Below the pieces are notes generated by a model. It had not been told where the DNA came from, made no database searches, and saw only the letters and a list, made by a program, of their open reading frames with translations. The translations under genes and the position numbers were made by a program. A DNA stretch of 64,000 bases. It comes from an uncultured Eubacteriales bacterium. Its GTDB lineage: Bacteria; Bacillota; Clostridia; Oscillospirales; CAG-272. The first letter of the stretch is position 1. Every line of letters starts with the position of its first letter. Of the stretch, positions 1 to 10,027 are shown in pieces. The stretch covers positions 6,152-70,151 of the forward strand of contig CAJLXA010000003.1 of the NCBI GenBank assembly GCA_905210485.1, read 5' to 3'.

Positions 1-89
1 ACAATGCGTATCAGTTCTTTCTTTGGGAAGTGTGCGCCGCAACCGATACAGCGGCGTTCGGGAATTTTCCTTTGCTTTTGTTCCTGCAT
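1..89 (-). CDS. ylxR: YlxR/RnpM-like (DUF448) protein, first 29 codons only (runs off window)
   Basis: Not in the ORF track because it is open at the window edge. A minus-strand ATG at 89 lies 3 nt after the nusA stop. My translation MQEQKQRKIPERRCIGCGAHFPKKELIRIV has the P-x-R-x-C-x-G-C...K-x-E-L-x-R signature, and the gene sits in the canonical position downstream of nusA. Confidence 0.6.
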   Translation of the reverse strand, partial: MQEQKQRKIPERRCIGCGAHFPKKELIRI

Positions 90-92
90 ACC

Positions 93-1139
93 TTAAGCCT
101 TTATATCAATTTTATAACCTGTGAGTTTTGCCGCAAGTTTGGCATTCTGACCTTCGCGGCCGATGGCGAGAGAAAGCTGATCGGGAGCCACCTGTACTTT
201 GCAGACGCGCTCACCGTCATAATCTACGGAAATCACTTTTGCGGGGGCAAGGGCGGCCGCCACATATTCTTCGGGGTTTTCGCTGTAGCGGATAACATCT
301 ACCTTTTCATTGCCGAGTTCTTCAAGTATCGAGGCGATACGCATACCGCGCGGGCCGATACAGGTGCCCACGGGGTCGACATTTTCATCGCGGGACATCA
401 CGGCAATCTTTGTACGGGAACCGGCGTCGCGGGAAATACCTTTGATGATCACGGTACCGTCCTGAATCTCCGGAATCTGCAATTCAAAGAGGCGCTGTAC
501 AAGGCCGGGGTGAATACGGGAAAGCGTTACGATGGGGCCGTGCGCTTCGCCGCTGTGTACTTCGGAGACAAATACCTTGAGGCGGTCGCCGACGCGGTAT
601 TCTTCACCGGGGATCTGATCGTTTTTCAGGAGCGTTGCGCGACCTGTGCCCGTGTCGAGGATAAGGTTTCCGTTCATGGTGTCCACTTTATCGACAACAG
701 CGGTAAGGATTTCGCCTTTCTTTTCTTCATAAGCGCGCGTCATATTGGAGCGCTCGGCTTCACGGATCGCCTGAATGATGATCTGCTTTCCGGCCTGCGC
801 GGCAAGGCGGCGGAAGTTTTTCGGGTCCACTTTGGTTTCAATGACCGAGCCGACTTTATAGCGCTTTGAAATGTTCTTTGCGTCTTCAAGAGAAATTTCG
901 GAAGTGGGATCGGTGACCTCGTCAACAACGGTTTTCTGTTGGAGGACTTTCATATCCTTTTTCTGCGGGTCAAGAACAATCCGCACACTTTCGGAGCCGA
1001 TCTGGCGTTTGTAAGCAGCGGTGAGAGCGGCTTCCACTTTCGGAAGCATATAGTCGCTCGGAATTCCTTTTTCCTTTTCGAGAAGTTCCAGGGCGTTGAA
1101 AAATTCTGCGTTCATGGTCGTCTTTCCGTGACTGTTCAC
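93..1139 (-). CDS. nusA: Transcription termination/antitermination factor NusA
   Basis: 348-aa ORF with a NusA N-terminus (NAEFFNALELLEKEKGI), an S1 region and two KH regions (GPRGMRIASILEELG; AIGREGQNAKLAAKLTGYKIDI). It follows rimP. The start is ambiguous between GTG 1139 and ATG 1115. Confidence 0.95.
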   Translation of the reverse strand: MNSHGKTTMNAEFFNALELLEKEKGIPSDYMLPKVEAALTAAYKRQIGSESVRIVLDPQKKDMKVLQQKTVVDEVTDPTSEISLEDAKNISKRYKVGSVIETKVDPKNFRRLAAQAGKQIIIQAIREAERSNMTRAYEEKKGEILTAVVDKVDTMNGNLILDTGTGRATLLKNDQIPGEEYRVGDRLKVFVSEVHSGEAHGPIVTLSRIHPGLVQRLFELQIPEIQDGTVIIKGISRDAGSRTKIAVMSRDENVDPVGTCIGPRGMRIASILEELGNEKVDVIRYSENPEEYVAAALAPAKVISVDYDGERVCKVQVAPDQLSLAIGREGQNAKLAAKLTGYKIDIKA

Positions 1140-1159
1140 GTTATCCTTTCAAAAGTTCC

Positions 1160-1624
1160 TTATTCATTCCATAAAAATTTGGTTTCGATGCGGGAGGCGG
1201 CGCTGCGGTCGATTTTGATACTGCCGCTGTCTGTGTCCAATGTGAGAACGCCTCCGTCGTAATCCGTCAATGTTCCGACATAGACTTTTTTACCCGCGAG
1301 AGGGGCGAAAAGCCGCACTTCCACCGTATCGCCGATGCAGGATTCAATATGAAAATCCGTACGCAGTTCGCGTTCGATGCCGGGGGAAGAAACATTCAAG
1401 CGATAGGAGCCCTCGATAGGGTCGTGTTCGTCCAGAATGGGATCAATGGCGCGATGCACTTTTTCGCAATCCTCAATAGTGATGCCGTCGTTATTGTCGA
1501 TGGTAACGGTGAGATTCCAGTCGGCGCCTTCTTTGGCGTATTCCACGTCCCACACAACGTATCCGAGGGCGAGGACAGTCGGTTCGATGAGTTCGCGAAC
1601 CGTTGTGGCAATGTTTTTTTTCAA
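1160..1624 (-). CDS. rimP: Ribosome maturation factor RimP
   Basis: RimP-like sequence (ELIEPTVLALGYVVWDVEY...NVSSPGIEREL) immediately upstream of nusA. I prefer the in-frame TTG at 1624, with AAGGAG 8 nt upstream, over the track ATG at 1654. Confidence 0.88.
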   Translation of the reverse strand: MKKNIATTVRELIEPTVLALGYVVWDVEYAKEGADWNLTVTIDNNDGITIEDCEKVHRAIDPILDEHDPIEGSYRLNVSSPGIERELRTDFHIESCIGDTVEVRLFAPLAGKKVYVGTLTDYDGGVLTLDTDSGSIKIDRSAASRIETKFLWNE

Positions 1625-1650
1625 ATGACAGTCTCCTTTTCGTGACCGCA

Positions 1651-1685
1651 ACATAAAAGGAAGAGTGGATTCACACCCACTCTTC
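1651..1685 (-). promoter_or_regulatory. Leader hairpin with a short U tract upstream of rimP-nusA (possible attenuator)
   Basis: On the minus strand, GAAGAGTGG-8 nt-CCACTCTTC forms a 9-bp perfect stem (1660-1685). It is followed by CUUUUAU, about 30 nt before the rimP start and downstream of a TTGATT-16-TATACT promoter-like pair. Confidence 0.35.
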
Positions 1686-1793
1686 TACATTCTATATTAC
1701 ATCATACAATAGTATAGCACGGTTTTTTGAAAAATCAAGAGTTTTTTCAAAAATATTTATAAAATAATGAAAAATTATGAATCCGCGTTGTTT

Positions 1794-2351
1794 TTACGCA
1801 TCCGAACGGCCTTTTTTCCATGCGGCAAGAAAGCGGTGGTATTTGCCTGTCACCGGGCGCGAAAAATCAATACCGGCGGAGAGAACTTCTGCCGGGAGCG
1901 GCAGTGCTCCGGGCGTTTCCACCTCAATTTCATAGTCGGTAAGGCCGAGATAATCGCTTTTATCCAAAGAAACAACGGAATTTCCGATGCGGAAATCGGT
2001 GCGAGCGGTCGTCAGTGTGCCGAGCGGCAGGAAAACCAGAGCCGGATCGGTTCCCGGCAACATGTCGCCGCCGATTTTTGCGGGAACGGCGTCGATCTTA
2101 CGGTTATCTTCAATGGCACAGCGGATATCGCCCGCTTGCTTTTGATTATGTTTATATTGCAGGGAAAGACCTTTTTCATTTTCGCGGACGCGTAAGGTGG
2201 CGCCGACGCGGGAAAGGAGAAGATCCGTCGTATCGTAGTAGTGGTTTTTCTGAATATAAGAACGTCCCGGAATGGTCTTGCCGAAGAAGGTGAGAAGCCG
2301 TTCATACGTTTTACGGTCAAGCAGTGCTTTGCGTTCAAATTCCTGTTCCAT
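1794..2351 (-). CDS. CYTH-domain protein (triphosphate tunnel metalloenzyme family)
   Basis: 185 aa. It has an N-terminal EFERK (ExExK) motif and a C-terminal EIEVE acidic strand pattern typical of CYTH/class IV cyclase-like folds. Confidence 0.7.
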   Translation of the reverse strand: MEQEFERKALLDRKTYERLLTFFGKTIPGRSYIQKNHYYDTTDLLLSRVGATLRVRENEKGLSLQYKHNQKQAGDIRCAIEDNRKIDAVPAKIGGDMLPGTDPALVFLPLGTLTTARTDFRIGNSVVSLDKSDYLGLTDYEIEVETPGALPLPAEVLSAGIDFSRPVTGKYHRFLAAWKKGRSDA

Positions 2352-2373
2352 TTTCGGGTATCCTTTTTCGTTG

Positions 2374-3438
2374 TCAGTGAATACGGGGAAAGAGTTTTTC
2401 CCGGTCGATAAGTTTCATGATTGACATAGCCATGGCATAAAAACCGAGGTCGTTCGGGTGAGTGCCGTCGACGGTGCAGGAATCAGGGCAGATTACTGCG
2501 TCGAAGAGTTCAAGGCCAGAAAGAAAATAAACGTTATCGTCGCCGTTTTTCTTCGCGGTTTCATAAGTATCGCGCACAACGCGGAGTCTGTCTTCCGATT
2601 CCTTTTCGCCGCAGTCGCGTGTCGGCCGGGAGAGCATGAGAATCGGGATGCCGGGGTGTGCCGCGCGGATCGTACGGTAAAAGTTTGCGTGTGTGCTCTG
2701 CAATTCTTCAACGGTTCTGGCGTTGTGATCGTAATCGAGAATGAAGAAAGACATAGAAAGACCCGCAAGATAGTCGGCCATTGCTTGTTCGCCGCGCGCG
2801 TTCCCGGAAAATCCGAAGTTGAGATAATCGGCGTCGTAGGCGCGTTCGATATAAGCCTGATACTGATTGCCGGGTCGGGAAGAGCATCCACCCTGTGTAA
2901 TGGACGAACCGTAATAGACAAACGGCTTTTCAATGCTGTACGGTTTCGGTGTCTCCACGGAGGCGGTTTCGGAAAGGCCGACATACAAAGTATCTACGTC
3001 GCTGTATGTCGGAAAGTTCAGTTCAATGTCCTGCATGACAGGTTTTTTATAAACTACGGCGCCGTAGCCGTTCGGATCTTTCTTCGGACGATAAACGCCG
3101 GCGAAAATGCCATCTGCATACACATCGAAGCCGGTGCTACCGGTGCGTGGCATATGTGGCATATCGCAATAGGATCCCATTTTGGCAAACACCGTGATAT
3201 AGGGAGAATCGGTACGGAAACGCACACGACCGCCTGCCGTATTGCGGTGCAGGTCAAAAACACCTTGTGAAACTTTCATTGCCACTTCGTCTGGGAGACG
3301 CGTATAACCGCGGCCGTCATAAAAGATGCCGTGAAGCTGGAAAGGAGTCTCTTTCGGATCATACATTTTCATGCCGGCGATACGCCAGTCGGCTGCGCTG
3401 AAATTCTTGTCGATTTCTTCGATGTTAACAATTTTCAT
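2374..3438 (-). CDS. SGNH/GDSL-family hydrolase (carbohydrate-esterase-like)
   Basis: 354 aa. GSSITQGG matches block I with the catalytic Ser, and VDGTHPND matches block V (D-x-x-H). An N-terminal beta-sandwich-like extension is present. GGAG lies upstream of the ATG. Confidence 0.75.
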   Translation of the reverse strand: MKIVNIEEIDKNFSAADWRIAGMKMYDPKETPFQLHGIFYDGRGYTRLPDEVAMKVSQGVFDLHRNTAGGRVRFRTDSPYITVFAKMGSYCDMPHMPRTGSTGFDVYADGIFAGVYRPKKDPNGYGAVVYKKPVMQDIELNFPTYSDVDTLYVGLSETASVETPKPYSIEKPFVYYGSSITQGGCSSRPGNQYQAYIERAYDADYLNFGFSGNARGEQAMADYLAGLSMSFFILDYDHNARTVEELQSTHANFYRTIRAAHPGIPILMLSRPTRDCGEKESEDRLRVVRDTYETAKKNGDDNVYFLSGLELFDAVICPDSCTVDGTHPNDLGFYAMAMSIMKLIDREKLFPRIH

Positions 3439-3569
3439 GATTTTTCTCCGTCGAGCAAATTTATACAGATATAAATTTATATATCAGTATAACAAATATA
3501 GCAGAAAAAAATCTTGCAAGCAAGAAAGTGTATTGCTTTGCTTTGTTACTATGTTGCGTTTTTTTGAGA

Positions 3570-4844
3570 TCACATACGGGTGTATACCGTTTTCAGCGGA
3601 ACGTCACTGCGTTTGGCAAAAGCGTTGCAGGCATAAACGCAGACATCGTATGTACCCGGCGCGAGATCGGGAACAGGTTTATCAATAACTTCGCTTTGCT
3701 TTTCCAAGAAGTAATCGGTGGGGTAGGTGACGGTATATGTTTTTCCGTCCGCACGGTTTTGAAATGTCACGGTATAGTATTTGATACAGTGGGGATAAGG
3801 TAAAAAATCCTGTGTGATGCGAAGATGGGCGGCACCGTCATCTGCTGGTGTCACGGTAACCGACGCGGATGAGGCAAAGTCGGGAGCCGGCCATGCGTTA
3901 TGCGCCTTGTCGGTATAGAGATAGGGGGTCGTTCCTTTTACAAGTCCCTCCGTGTCGATCTCCCAACGGTTAACTTCTTTGCCGGTGAAATTGTTATAAC
4001 TGACGATGGTGACCTTATGGCGGCGGACGGTGATTCTTACGGACTGACTTTTCCCGAAAACATTGCCGTAATCGTTTCGGAAGTTTTCCGTGTTGTTTCC
4101 GTCAAAGCGCATATAGCCGACGGCCACGATCGGTATGTTTACCTGTGTGTAACCGCACTGATAGATACAGGAATCGTCTTCGTTGATATTGTGGCAATGC
4201 CCCGACAGAACGATGACCTGCGGTTTTGTATGCAGCCAGTCTATGAAGCGGTCGCTGTATTGTCCGACGGTATATTTTCCCGAATAGGTGGTCGTGCCGG
4301 GAATAGGGTTATGGAGCATGACAAAAACGGGATTATACGGATTTTCCGCAATGGCTTCTTCGGCAGCTTTCATAATAAAGGCTTCGTTCTCGTCGGATTG
4401 CGGTATTTTCCACGAGAGAATGGAAGCGCCGATAATGTGGTAACCATTGATTTTGCTGTGAAAACGAAGTTCCTGACCAAAATATTCGGTAAAAAGGCGC
4501 TGGGCTTCTTTTGTGATTGCCGGTTCGTCGTTACACTGCGGATATTCATGATTTCCCATCACAAAGAAGCGGGGCGTATCGGGAATATACTGTGCAAAAA
4601 GATGGTTTGTGCGGGTATAGATTTCCGTGTAGAGACGTTCGCACACGGACTTGGCGGAAGATTCCACCTGATACACCGTGTCGCCCGTAAAAAGAAAGGC
4701 GTCTGCCGGTGGCAGTTTTTCCGTGTGAAATGCGAGAGCACGTTCGAGATTTTCGTAGCCTTCATAATGATATTCGTCAAACCATGTGACGTGGATGTCG
4801 CTCATCACCGAGAGGGTGAGGCCGTCTTTTTTATCAGGGGTCAT
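3570..4844 (-). CDS. Calcineurin-like metallophosphoesterase
   Basis: 424 aa with the ordered motif series SDIHV, GDTVY, GNHEY, MLHNP and GHCHN. Confidence 0.75.
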   Translation of the reverse strand: MTPDKKDGLTLSVMSDIHVTWFDEYHYEGYENLERALAFHTEKLPPADAFLFTGDTVYQVESSAKSVCERLYTEIYTRTNHLFAQYIPDTPRFFVMGNHEYPQCNDEPAITKEAQRLFTEYFGQELRFHSKINGYHIIGASILSWKIPQSDENEAFIMKAAEEAIAENPYNPVFVMLHNPIPGTTTYSGKYTVGQYSDRFIDWLHTKPQVIVLSGHCHNINEDDSCIYQCGYTQVNIPIVAVGYMRFDGNNTENFRNDYGNVFGKSQSVRITVRRHKVTIVSYNNFTGKEVNRWEIDTEGLVKGTTPYLYTDKAHNAWPAPDFASSASVTVTPADDGAAHLRITQDFLPYPHCIKYYTVTFQNRADGKTYTVTYPTDYFLEKQSEVIDKPVPDLAPGTYDVCVYACNAFAKRSDVPLKTVYTRM

Positions 4845-5060
4845 GGATTTACCTCGTATGCTGAAGTTTTACGTATGCACAAGCGCGGCGCGCTTGCCGC
4901 ATACAAAGAAAATTATATCTTATTATATCCGGAAATGCAAGAGGTTCATTGAAAATTATTCGGAATATATTGAAGATACGATGAGAGGAAAAATACAGAG
5001 ACAGCGTTGTCCGATGTGATGTATTGTATGGATAAGTATAACTTTTTGTTTTACAAATTG

Positions 5061-5525
5061 TTAGTTACTATGGATTTTTCTGCAATAAGACAAAAAGAGA
5101 TCAAACTCGTCTTCCGTGAAAACGGGAATATTGCGGGAAAGGAGAAGCGCGGCGGTAATACCGTTTCCGGCGACCTTTCTTTTATTAAAGGTTCCGTCAT
5201 AGATACAGCCTTTGCCGCAGGAGGGGCTGTTGCTTTTCAGAAGAGCGGCGCAACAATGGTATTGCCGATACAGACCAAGCGCATTTTCCGCTCCTCGCCG
5301 ATAGGCGTCTGTACACTCTGTCCCGTCGCGGCGGAAAACGCCGCCGTTCCGTATTTCCGCCGCGGGGCGCGGGATGGGAAGGCCGCCGGAAACTTCGGGA
5401 CATACGGGGATCGGTCGTATATTATATTTTTGCAATTCATCATCCGTGAAGACGCCCTTTGCTTTCCCGTCATAGCGGCAGGGAAAACCGAGGAGACAGG
5501 CACTGATCAGAACGGGGATCTGCAT
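5061..5525 (-). CDS. DUF523 / TudS-like (2-thiouracil desulfurase family) protein
   Basis: 154 aa. The N-terminus ISACLLGFPCRYDGK and later Cys residues match the DUF523 pattern. Confidence 0.65.
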   Translation of the reverse strand: MQIPVLISACLLGFPCRYDGKAKGVFTDDELQKYNIRPIPVCPEVSGGLPIPRPAAEIRNGGVFRRDGTECTDAYRRGAENALGLYRQYHCCAALLKSNSPSCGKGCIYDGTFNKRKVAGNGITAALLLSRNIPVFTEDEFDLFLSYCRKIHSN

Positions 5526-5634
5526 GTTATCGCACCTCCGCGTTTTTTATTTCAGTATAACGAAGAAAAAGGGGCATGTCAATACATAGAACCGTTTTTT
5601 ACGGCATAGATTTTTGTGAAAGGAATAAGACGAA

Positions 5635-7242
5635 ATGACAAAATTACAGAAATTCGTAATGAATGCGTTGGTATTGGCCGTTTCCACACTGGTTATGCGG
5701 ACGGTCGGCGTGGCGTTCAACGCCTATATTTCTTCAAAAATCGGCGCGGAAGGCATGGGCCTTTTCACGCTTGTTATGAGCGTTTACGGTTTTGCCGTAA
5801 CGCTGGCTACTTCGGGCATCGGTCTTGCGACTATGCGACTTGTGGCCGACGCTCTCGGAAAAGACGACATCGGTCTCAGACGTGCTTATCTGCGCCGCTG
5901 TCTGCTGTATGCGGCGTTTTTCGGAGGCTTGTCGGCTCTTCTTGTCGGCGTGTTTTCCCGTCCGATCGGTGAAAATCTTCTGGGGGACGCACGTACCGTT
6001 CCGTCGCTGCGTCTCTTTTCTTTTTCACTGTTGCCCATGGCGTTTTCAGGAGTGTTTTGCGGATATTTCAATGCCATGCGGCGATCGGCACGCAATGCCG
6101 CCGCTCAGATCTTCGATCAGACGGTACAGATTTTTCTGACGGTTTTTCTCCTTACGCTATTGCTTCCCAAAGGATTGGAATATGCCTGCATTGCGCTTGT
6201 TCTCGGCGGAACGATTTCCGAAATTCTATCCTGTCTTTTCCTGTTTGCGGAATATGAAATAGATATTCACAAGGAAAAAATCAAAACATGTGAAATGCAT
6301 AAATGTGATGTTAATAGCAACAGAAAAGGACTTTTACATAAACTTATTTGCATTTCTATGCCTGTTGCGTTCAGCGCATACGTACGGTCGGGACTTGTCA
6401 CGGTGGAACATGTTCTGATTCCGCGCTGTCTGTTCCGATCCGGACAATCGAAAGAAGAGGCGCTTTCCTCGTACGGCGCTTTGCACGGTATGGCTATTCC
6501 TATCCTTTTGTATCCGGCGGCTATACTCTCGTCTTTTACCGGTCTTTTGCTTCCCGAAACAGCGGAAAGTCTGTCCCGGGGAGAGAAGAGGCGAATCCGT
6601 TATATTACGGAGCGCGCGCTGTCTTTTGCATTTTTCTTTTCCGTTACGGCGGCCGGGGCAATGTTTTTGCTCGCCGACGAACTTGGGGCGCTTATTTATC
6701 ACAACAGCGAAGTTTCTTTTTATGTGATGTGTCTTGTTCCGCTTGTCCCCGTCATGTATCTGGACACGACGGTGGATAATATTCTGAAGGGAATCGGCGA
6801 ACAATTCTATTGCATGTGTGTAAATGTAGCGGACGCGGCGGCTTCCGTCATTCTGGTGTTGATTTTTCTGCCGAAATACGGCGCGGTCGGTTATGTGGCG
6901 GTGCTTCTTATTTCCGAAGTTTTCAATTTTTCGCTCAGTATCGCGCGCCTGTACCGGCGTGTGCATTTTTCATTCGGTCTTTTCCGCGATTTTCTGCTTC
7001 CGCTTCTTCTGACCGTCGCTTCCGTGCTTTGCAGTTCGCTTGTTTTTGCACCGTTTGCGATGACAGCGGGAAATTCGCTCCTGAAATGCGGCCTGTTCTT
7101 TCTGCTCTCGCTTTTGTTTTACGTCGGTTTCGGCGTTCTCGGACGCGAAAGAAGAGATTTTCTTCTTCGCGCATGGCCGTTGCGTGGAAAAAAATCCGGC
7201 TCCGACGTTCCGCCACTTGACAAAGCGCATAATATCATGTAA
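5635..7242 (+). CDS. spoVB: MOP-superfamily polysaccharide/lipid II flippase, SpoVB-like
   Basis: 535 aa with about 14 predicted TM segments. The N-terminus (VGVAFNAYISSKIGAEGMGLFTLVMSVYGF) resembles SpoVB/MurJ-type flippases. Confidence 0.75.
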   Translation: MTKLQKFVMNALVLAVSTLVMRTVGVAFNAYISSKIGAEGMGLFTLVMSVYGFAVTLATSGIGLATMRLVADALGKDDIGLRRAYLRRCLLYAAFFGGLSALLVGVFSRPIGENLLGDARTVPSLRLFSFSLLPMAFSGVFCGYFNAMRRSARNAAAQIFDQTVQIFLTVFLLTLLLPKGLEYACIALVLGGTISEILSCLFLFAEYEIDIHKEKIKTCEMHKCDVNSNRKGLLHKLICISMPVAFSAYVRSGLVTVEHVLIPRCLFRSGQSKEEALSSYGALHGMAIPILLYPAAILSSFTGLLLPETAESLSRGEKRRIRYITERALSFAFFFSVTAAGAMFLLADELGALIYHNSEVSFYVMCLVPLVPVMYLDTTVDNILKGIGEQFYCMCVNVADAAASVILVLIFLPKYGAVGYVAVLLISEVFNFSLSIARLYRRVHFSFGLFRDFLLPLLLTVASVLCSSLVFAPFAMTAGNSLLKCGLFFLLSLLFYVGFGVLGRERRDFLLRAWPLRGKKSGSDVPPLDKAHNIM

Positions 7243-7342
7243 AATAATATAATATGTGATATTATGACGTTTTGTGCGCGACAGGCAAAAAGCGCCCAGG
7301 CGATTCCCGCATGGCGCGGCAATCGGGAAAGGACGGTTTGTA

Positions 7343-8659
7343 ATGGTAAAAATCACCGGCGTTGAACCGTGTTCCCGCGCCGAAAAAGCGGGTATACTGC
7401 CCGGAGATATTCTTTTGTCGGTGAACGGTAACGAAATCGCCGACGTTCTTGACTATCGTTATTACCTTGCGGAAGAACGCGTGACGCTTTCCGTAAAACG
7501 GGGAAACGAAGAAATCGGCGTTACCATCAAAAAGGATATGTACGACGATATCGGCCTTGATTTCGAGACGCCGCTGATGGATAAAAAGCATGCTTGCGCG
7601 AACAGGTGCATTTTCTGCTTTATTGATCAGTTGCCGGACGGCTTACGTCCCACGCTCTATTTCAAGGACGACGACTCCCGCCTTTCGTTTCTGCACGGAA
7701 ACTATATCACCCTGACCAATCTGTTTGATAAAGATATTGACCGCATCATCAAAATGCGCTTTTCACCGATCAATATATCGGTGCATACGACGAACCCCGA
7801 ACTGCGCGTTCGTATGATGAAAAACCGCCGCGCCGGCGAAGTTCTCGATTACATTCGACGTATTGCGGAGGCCGGCCTCTCCATTCACGCGCAGATCGTG
7901 CTGTGCAAAGGTTGGAACGACGGCGGAGAACTTTTGCGGACGATGAACGACCTTGCGCGGTATCATGAAGCGATCGACAGCGTGTCGGTCGTGCCGGCAG
8001 GGTTGACAAAATTCCGTCAGAATCTGACGCCGCTTGAAACCTTTTCGCCTGCCGAATGCGCCGATGTGATCGCTACCGTGCGCGATTTCGGAGACGGCAT
8101 GATAAAGAAATGCGGCCGCCGTATCTTTGCCTGCGCCGACGAGTTTTATGTAAAGGCAGGACTGCCGCTCCCCGACGCTTCCTATTATGAGGATTATCCG
8201 CAGATCGAAAACGGCGTGGGCATGATGACCTCGATGAAAGACGAGTTTGACGACGCTTTGGATATCGCAAAGGATACGCCGGAACTTCATACTGTGTCCC
8301 GCACCGTTTCTTTGGCGACGGGCATGGCGGCATATCGGTATTTTACCGTGCTTTCGGAAAAAGTACACACGGCTTTCCCGAAAATTACGATACACGTATA
8401 CGGCATCGTCAATCACTTTTTCGGTGAAGAAGTCACGGTAGCGGGGCTTCTGACGGGGAAAGATTATAAAGAGCAGTTGAGGGACAAGCCGCTCGGCGAA
8501 GCGCTTCTCATCAGCAAAAATTCCGCACGGAACGACGAGGGATTGTTCCTTTGTGGTATGACGGTGAAGGAGCTGGCGGCGGCGCTCGGTGTACCGGTTG
8601 TTCTGGTGGAGTCCGACGGTTATGCGGTTCTTGAGGCGATATTCGGCCGGACAATATAA
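7343..8659 (+). CDS. PDZ + radical-SAM-type + DUF512 protein
   Basis: A PDZ-like segment (GILPGDILLSVNGNEI) is followed by CANRCIFC (CxxxCxxC). The gene sits just upstream of der. The start is moved from the track's 7274 to ATG 7343 (MVKITGV). Confidence 0.7.
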   Translation: MVKITGVEPCSRAEKAGILPGDILLSVNGNEIADVLDYRYYLAEERVTLSVKRGNEEIGVTIKKDMYDDIGLDFETPLMDKKHACANRCIFCFIDQLPDGLRPTLYFKDDDSRLSFLHGNYITLTNLFDKDIDRIIKMRFSPINISVHTTNPELRVRMMKNRRAGEVLDYIRRIAEAGLSIHAQIVLCKGWNDGGELLRTMNDLARYHEAIDSVSVVPAGLTKFRQNLTPLETFSPAECADVIATVRDFGDGMIKKCGRRIFACADEFYVKAGLPLPDASYYEDYPQIENGVGMMTSMKDEFDDALDIAKDTPELHTVSRTVSLATGMAAYRYFTVLSEKVHTAFPKITIHVYGIVNHFFGEEVTVAGLLTGKDYKEQLRDKPLGEALLISKNSARNDEGLFLCGMTVKELAAALGVPVVLVESDGYAVLEAIFGRTI

Positions 8660-8688
8660 AGAGATCCCTTAGGAAAGAGAGGACAAAG

Positions 8689-10026
8689 ATGTCAAAACCT
8701 GTTATTGCGATTGTCGGCAGACCGAATGTCGGCAAATCCACATTGTTCAATAAACTGATCGGCGAACGCCGTTCCATTGTCGAAGATACGCCGGGTGTGA
8801 CGCGCGACCGTATTTACGGGGAAGGCGAATGGTGCGGTAAACGTTTTATTCTGATTGATACGGGCGGTATTGAGCCGAAAACCGACAATGTGATCCTGCG
8901 CCAGATGAAAGATCAGGCGGAGATTGCCATACGCACAGCCGATGTGATTCTTTTCCTGTGCGACGTCAACGCGGGACTTCTGGCAGACGACCGCGAAATT
9001 GCCGTTATGCTGAAAAAAAGCGGAAAACCCGTCATTCCGTGCATCAATAAAGCCGACCGCGTCGGAGAACCGCCGCTTTCGTTTTACGAATTCTATGAAT
9101 TGGGATTTGATGAAGAACCGATGGCGATTTCCGCGCTTCACGGCAGCGGCAGCGGCGATCTGCTTGACCGTATTTTTGAAAAACTGCCCGAACAAACGGA
9201 AGAAGAGGCGGACGACGGAACAATCAACGTGGCGGTCATCGGGAAACCGAATGCCGGAAAATCTTCGATCATCAACCGTATGGTCGGCGAAAAGCGGCTC
9301 ATTGTTTCGGATATTGCCGGAACGACGCGCGACGCGGTGGATACGCGGGTGGAAAATGCCTACGGTGTGTTCAATTTTATAGATACCGCGGGAATCCGCC
9401 GCCGCAGTAAAGTGGAAGACCGCATTGAGAAATTCAGCGTGCTCCGCGCGCATATGGCTGTGGAACGCGCAGATGTCTGTATTCTGCTGATCGACGGCAG
9501 TGAGGGCATCACGGAGCAGGACGAGCATATCGCCGGCATCGCGCACGACGCCGGGAAATGCGTTATCATCGCGGTGAATAAATGGGATCTTGTCGAGAAA
9601 GACAACAATACGGTGAAGGAATTTACCGACCGTATCCGGACGGCGCTTGCTTATATGCCGTATGCTCCCATCGTTTTTCTCTCTGCTCTTACGGGTCAGC
9701 GTGTGACGAATCTTTATCAATTGATCACCGAAGTTTACGCAGAAGCGCGTAAACGCGTTACGACCGGCGTTCTGAACGATCTTCTGAACGACGCTATGAC
9801 GCGTGTGCAACCGCCATCCGACAAAGGACGTCGGCTGAAGATTTATTATATGACGCAATCGGCCGTAACGCCGCCGACTTTCGTTATTTTCTGTAACAGT
9901 GCGGAACTGTTCCATTTTTCCTATCAGCGTTATATTGAAAACTGCCTGCGCGAAACTTTCGGATTCAAAGGTACACCGGTGAAAATCGTCGTGCGTCAGC
10001 GCGGAGAAAAGGATGGCGGCGTGTAA
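8689..10026 (+). CDS. der: Ribosome-associated GTPase Der/EngA
   Basis: Two tandem G domains (GRPNVGKS...DTGG and GKPNAGKS...DTAG...NKWD) plus a KH-like C-terminus. Confidence 0.95.
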   Translation: MSKPVIAIVGRPNVGKSTLFNKLIGERRSIVEDTPGVTRDRIYGEGEWCGKRFILIDTGGIEPKTDNVILRQMKDQAEIAIRTADVILFLCDVNAGLLADDREIAVMLKKSGKPVIPCINKADRVGEPPLSFYEFYELGFDEEPMAISALHGSGSGDLLDRIFEKLPEQTEEEADDGTINVAVIGKPNAGKSSIINRMVGEKRLIVSDIAGTTRDAVDTRVENAYGVFNFIDTAGIRRRSKVEDRIEKFSVLRAHMAVERADVCILLIDGSEGITEQDEHIAGIAHDAGKCVIIAVNKWDLVEKDNNTVKEFTDRIRTALAYMPYAPIVFLSALTGQRVTNLYQLITEVYAEARKRVTTGVLNDLLNDAMTRVQPPSDKGRRLKIYYMTQSAVTPPTFVIFCNSAELFHFSYQRYIENCLRETFGFKGTPVKIVVRQRGEKDGGV

Positions 10027-10027
10027 T

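Noticed and set aside
8692-9915. Long antisense ORFs opposite der (407 aa), the YegP-repeat gene (14554-15909), glcK (43022-44038), nusA (30-869), the phosphoesterase (3900-4952) and mnmG (17302-18351)
   Set aside because: Those I checked (der, the YegP-repeat gene and glcK) share the codon register of the annotated sense gene, and I did not check the register for nusA, the phosphoesterase or mnmG. None has independent start signals or motifs.
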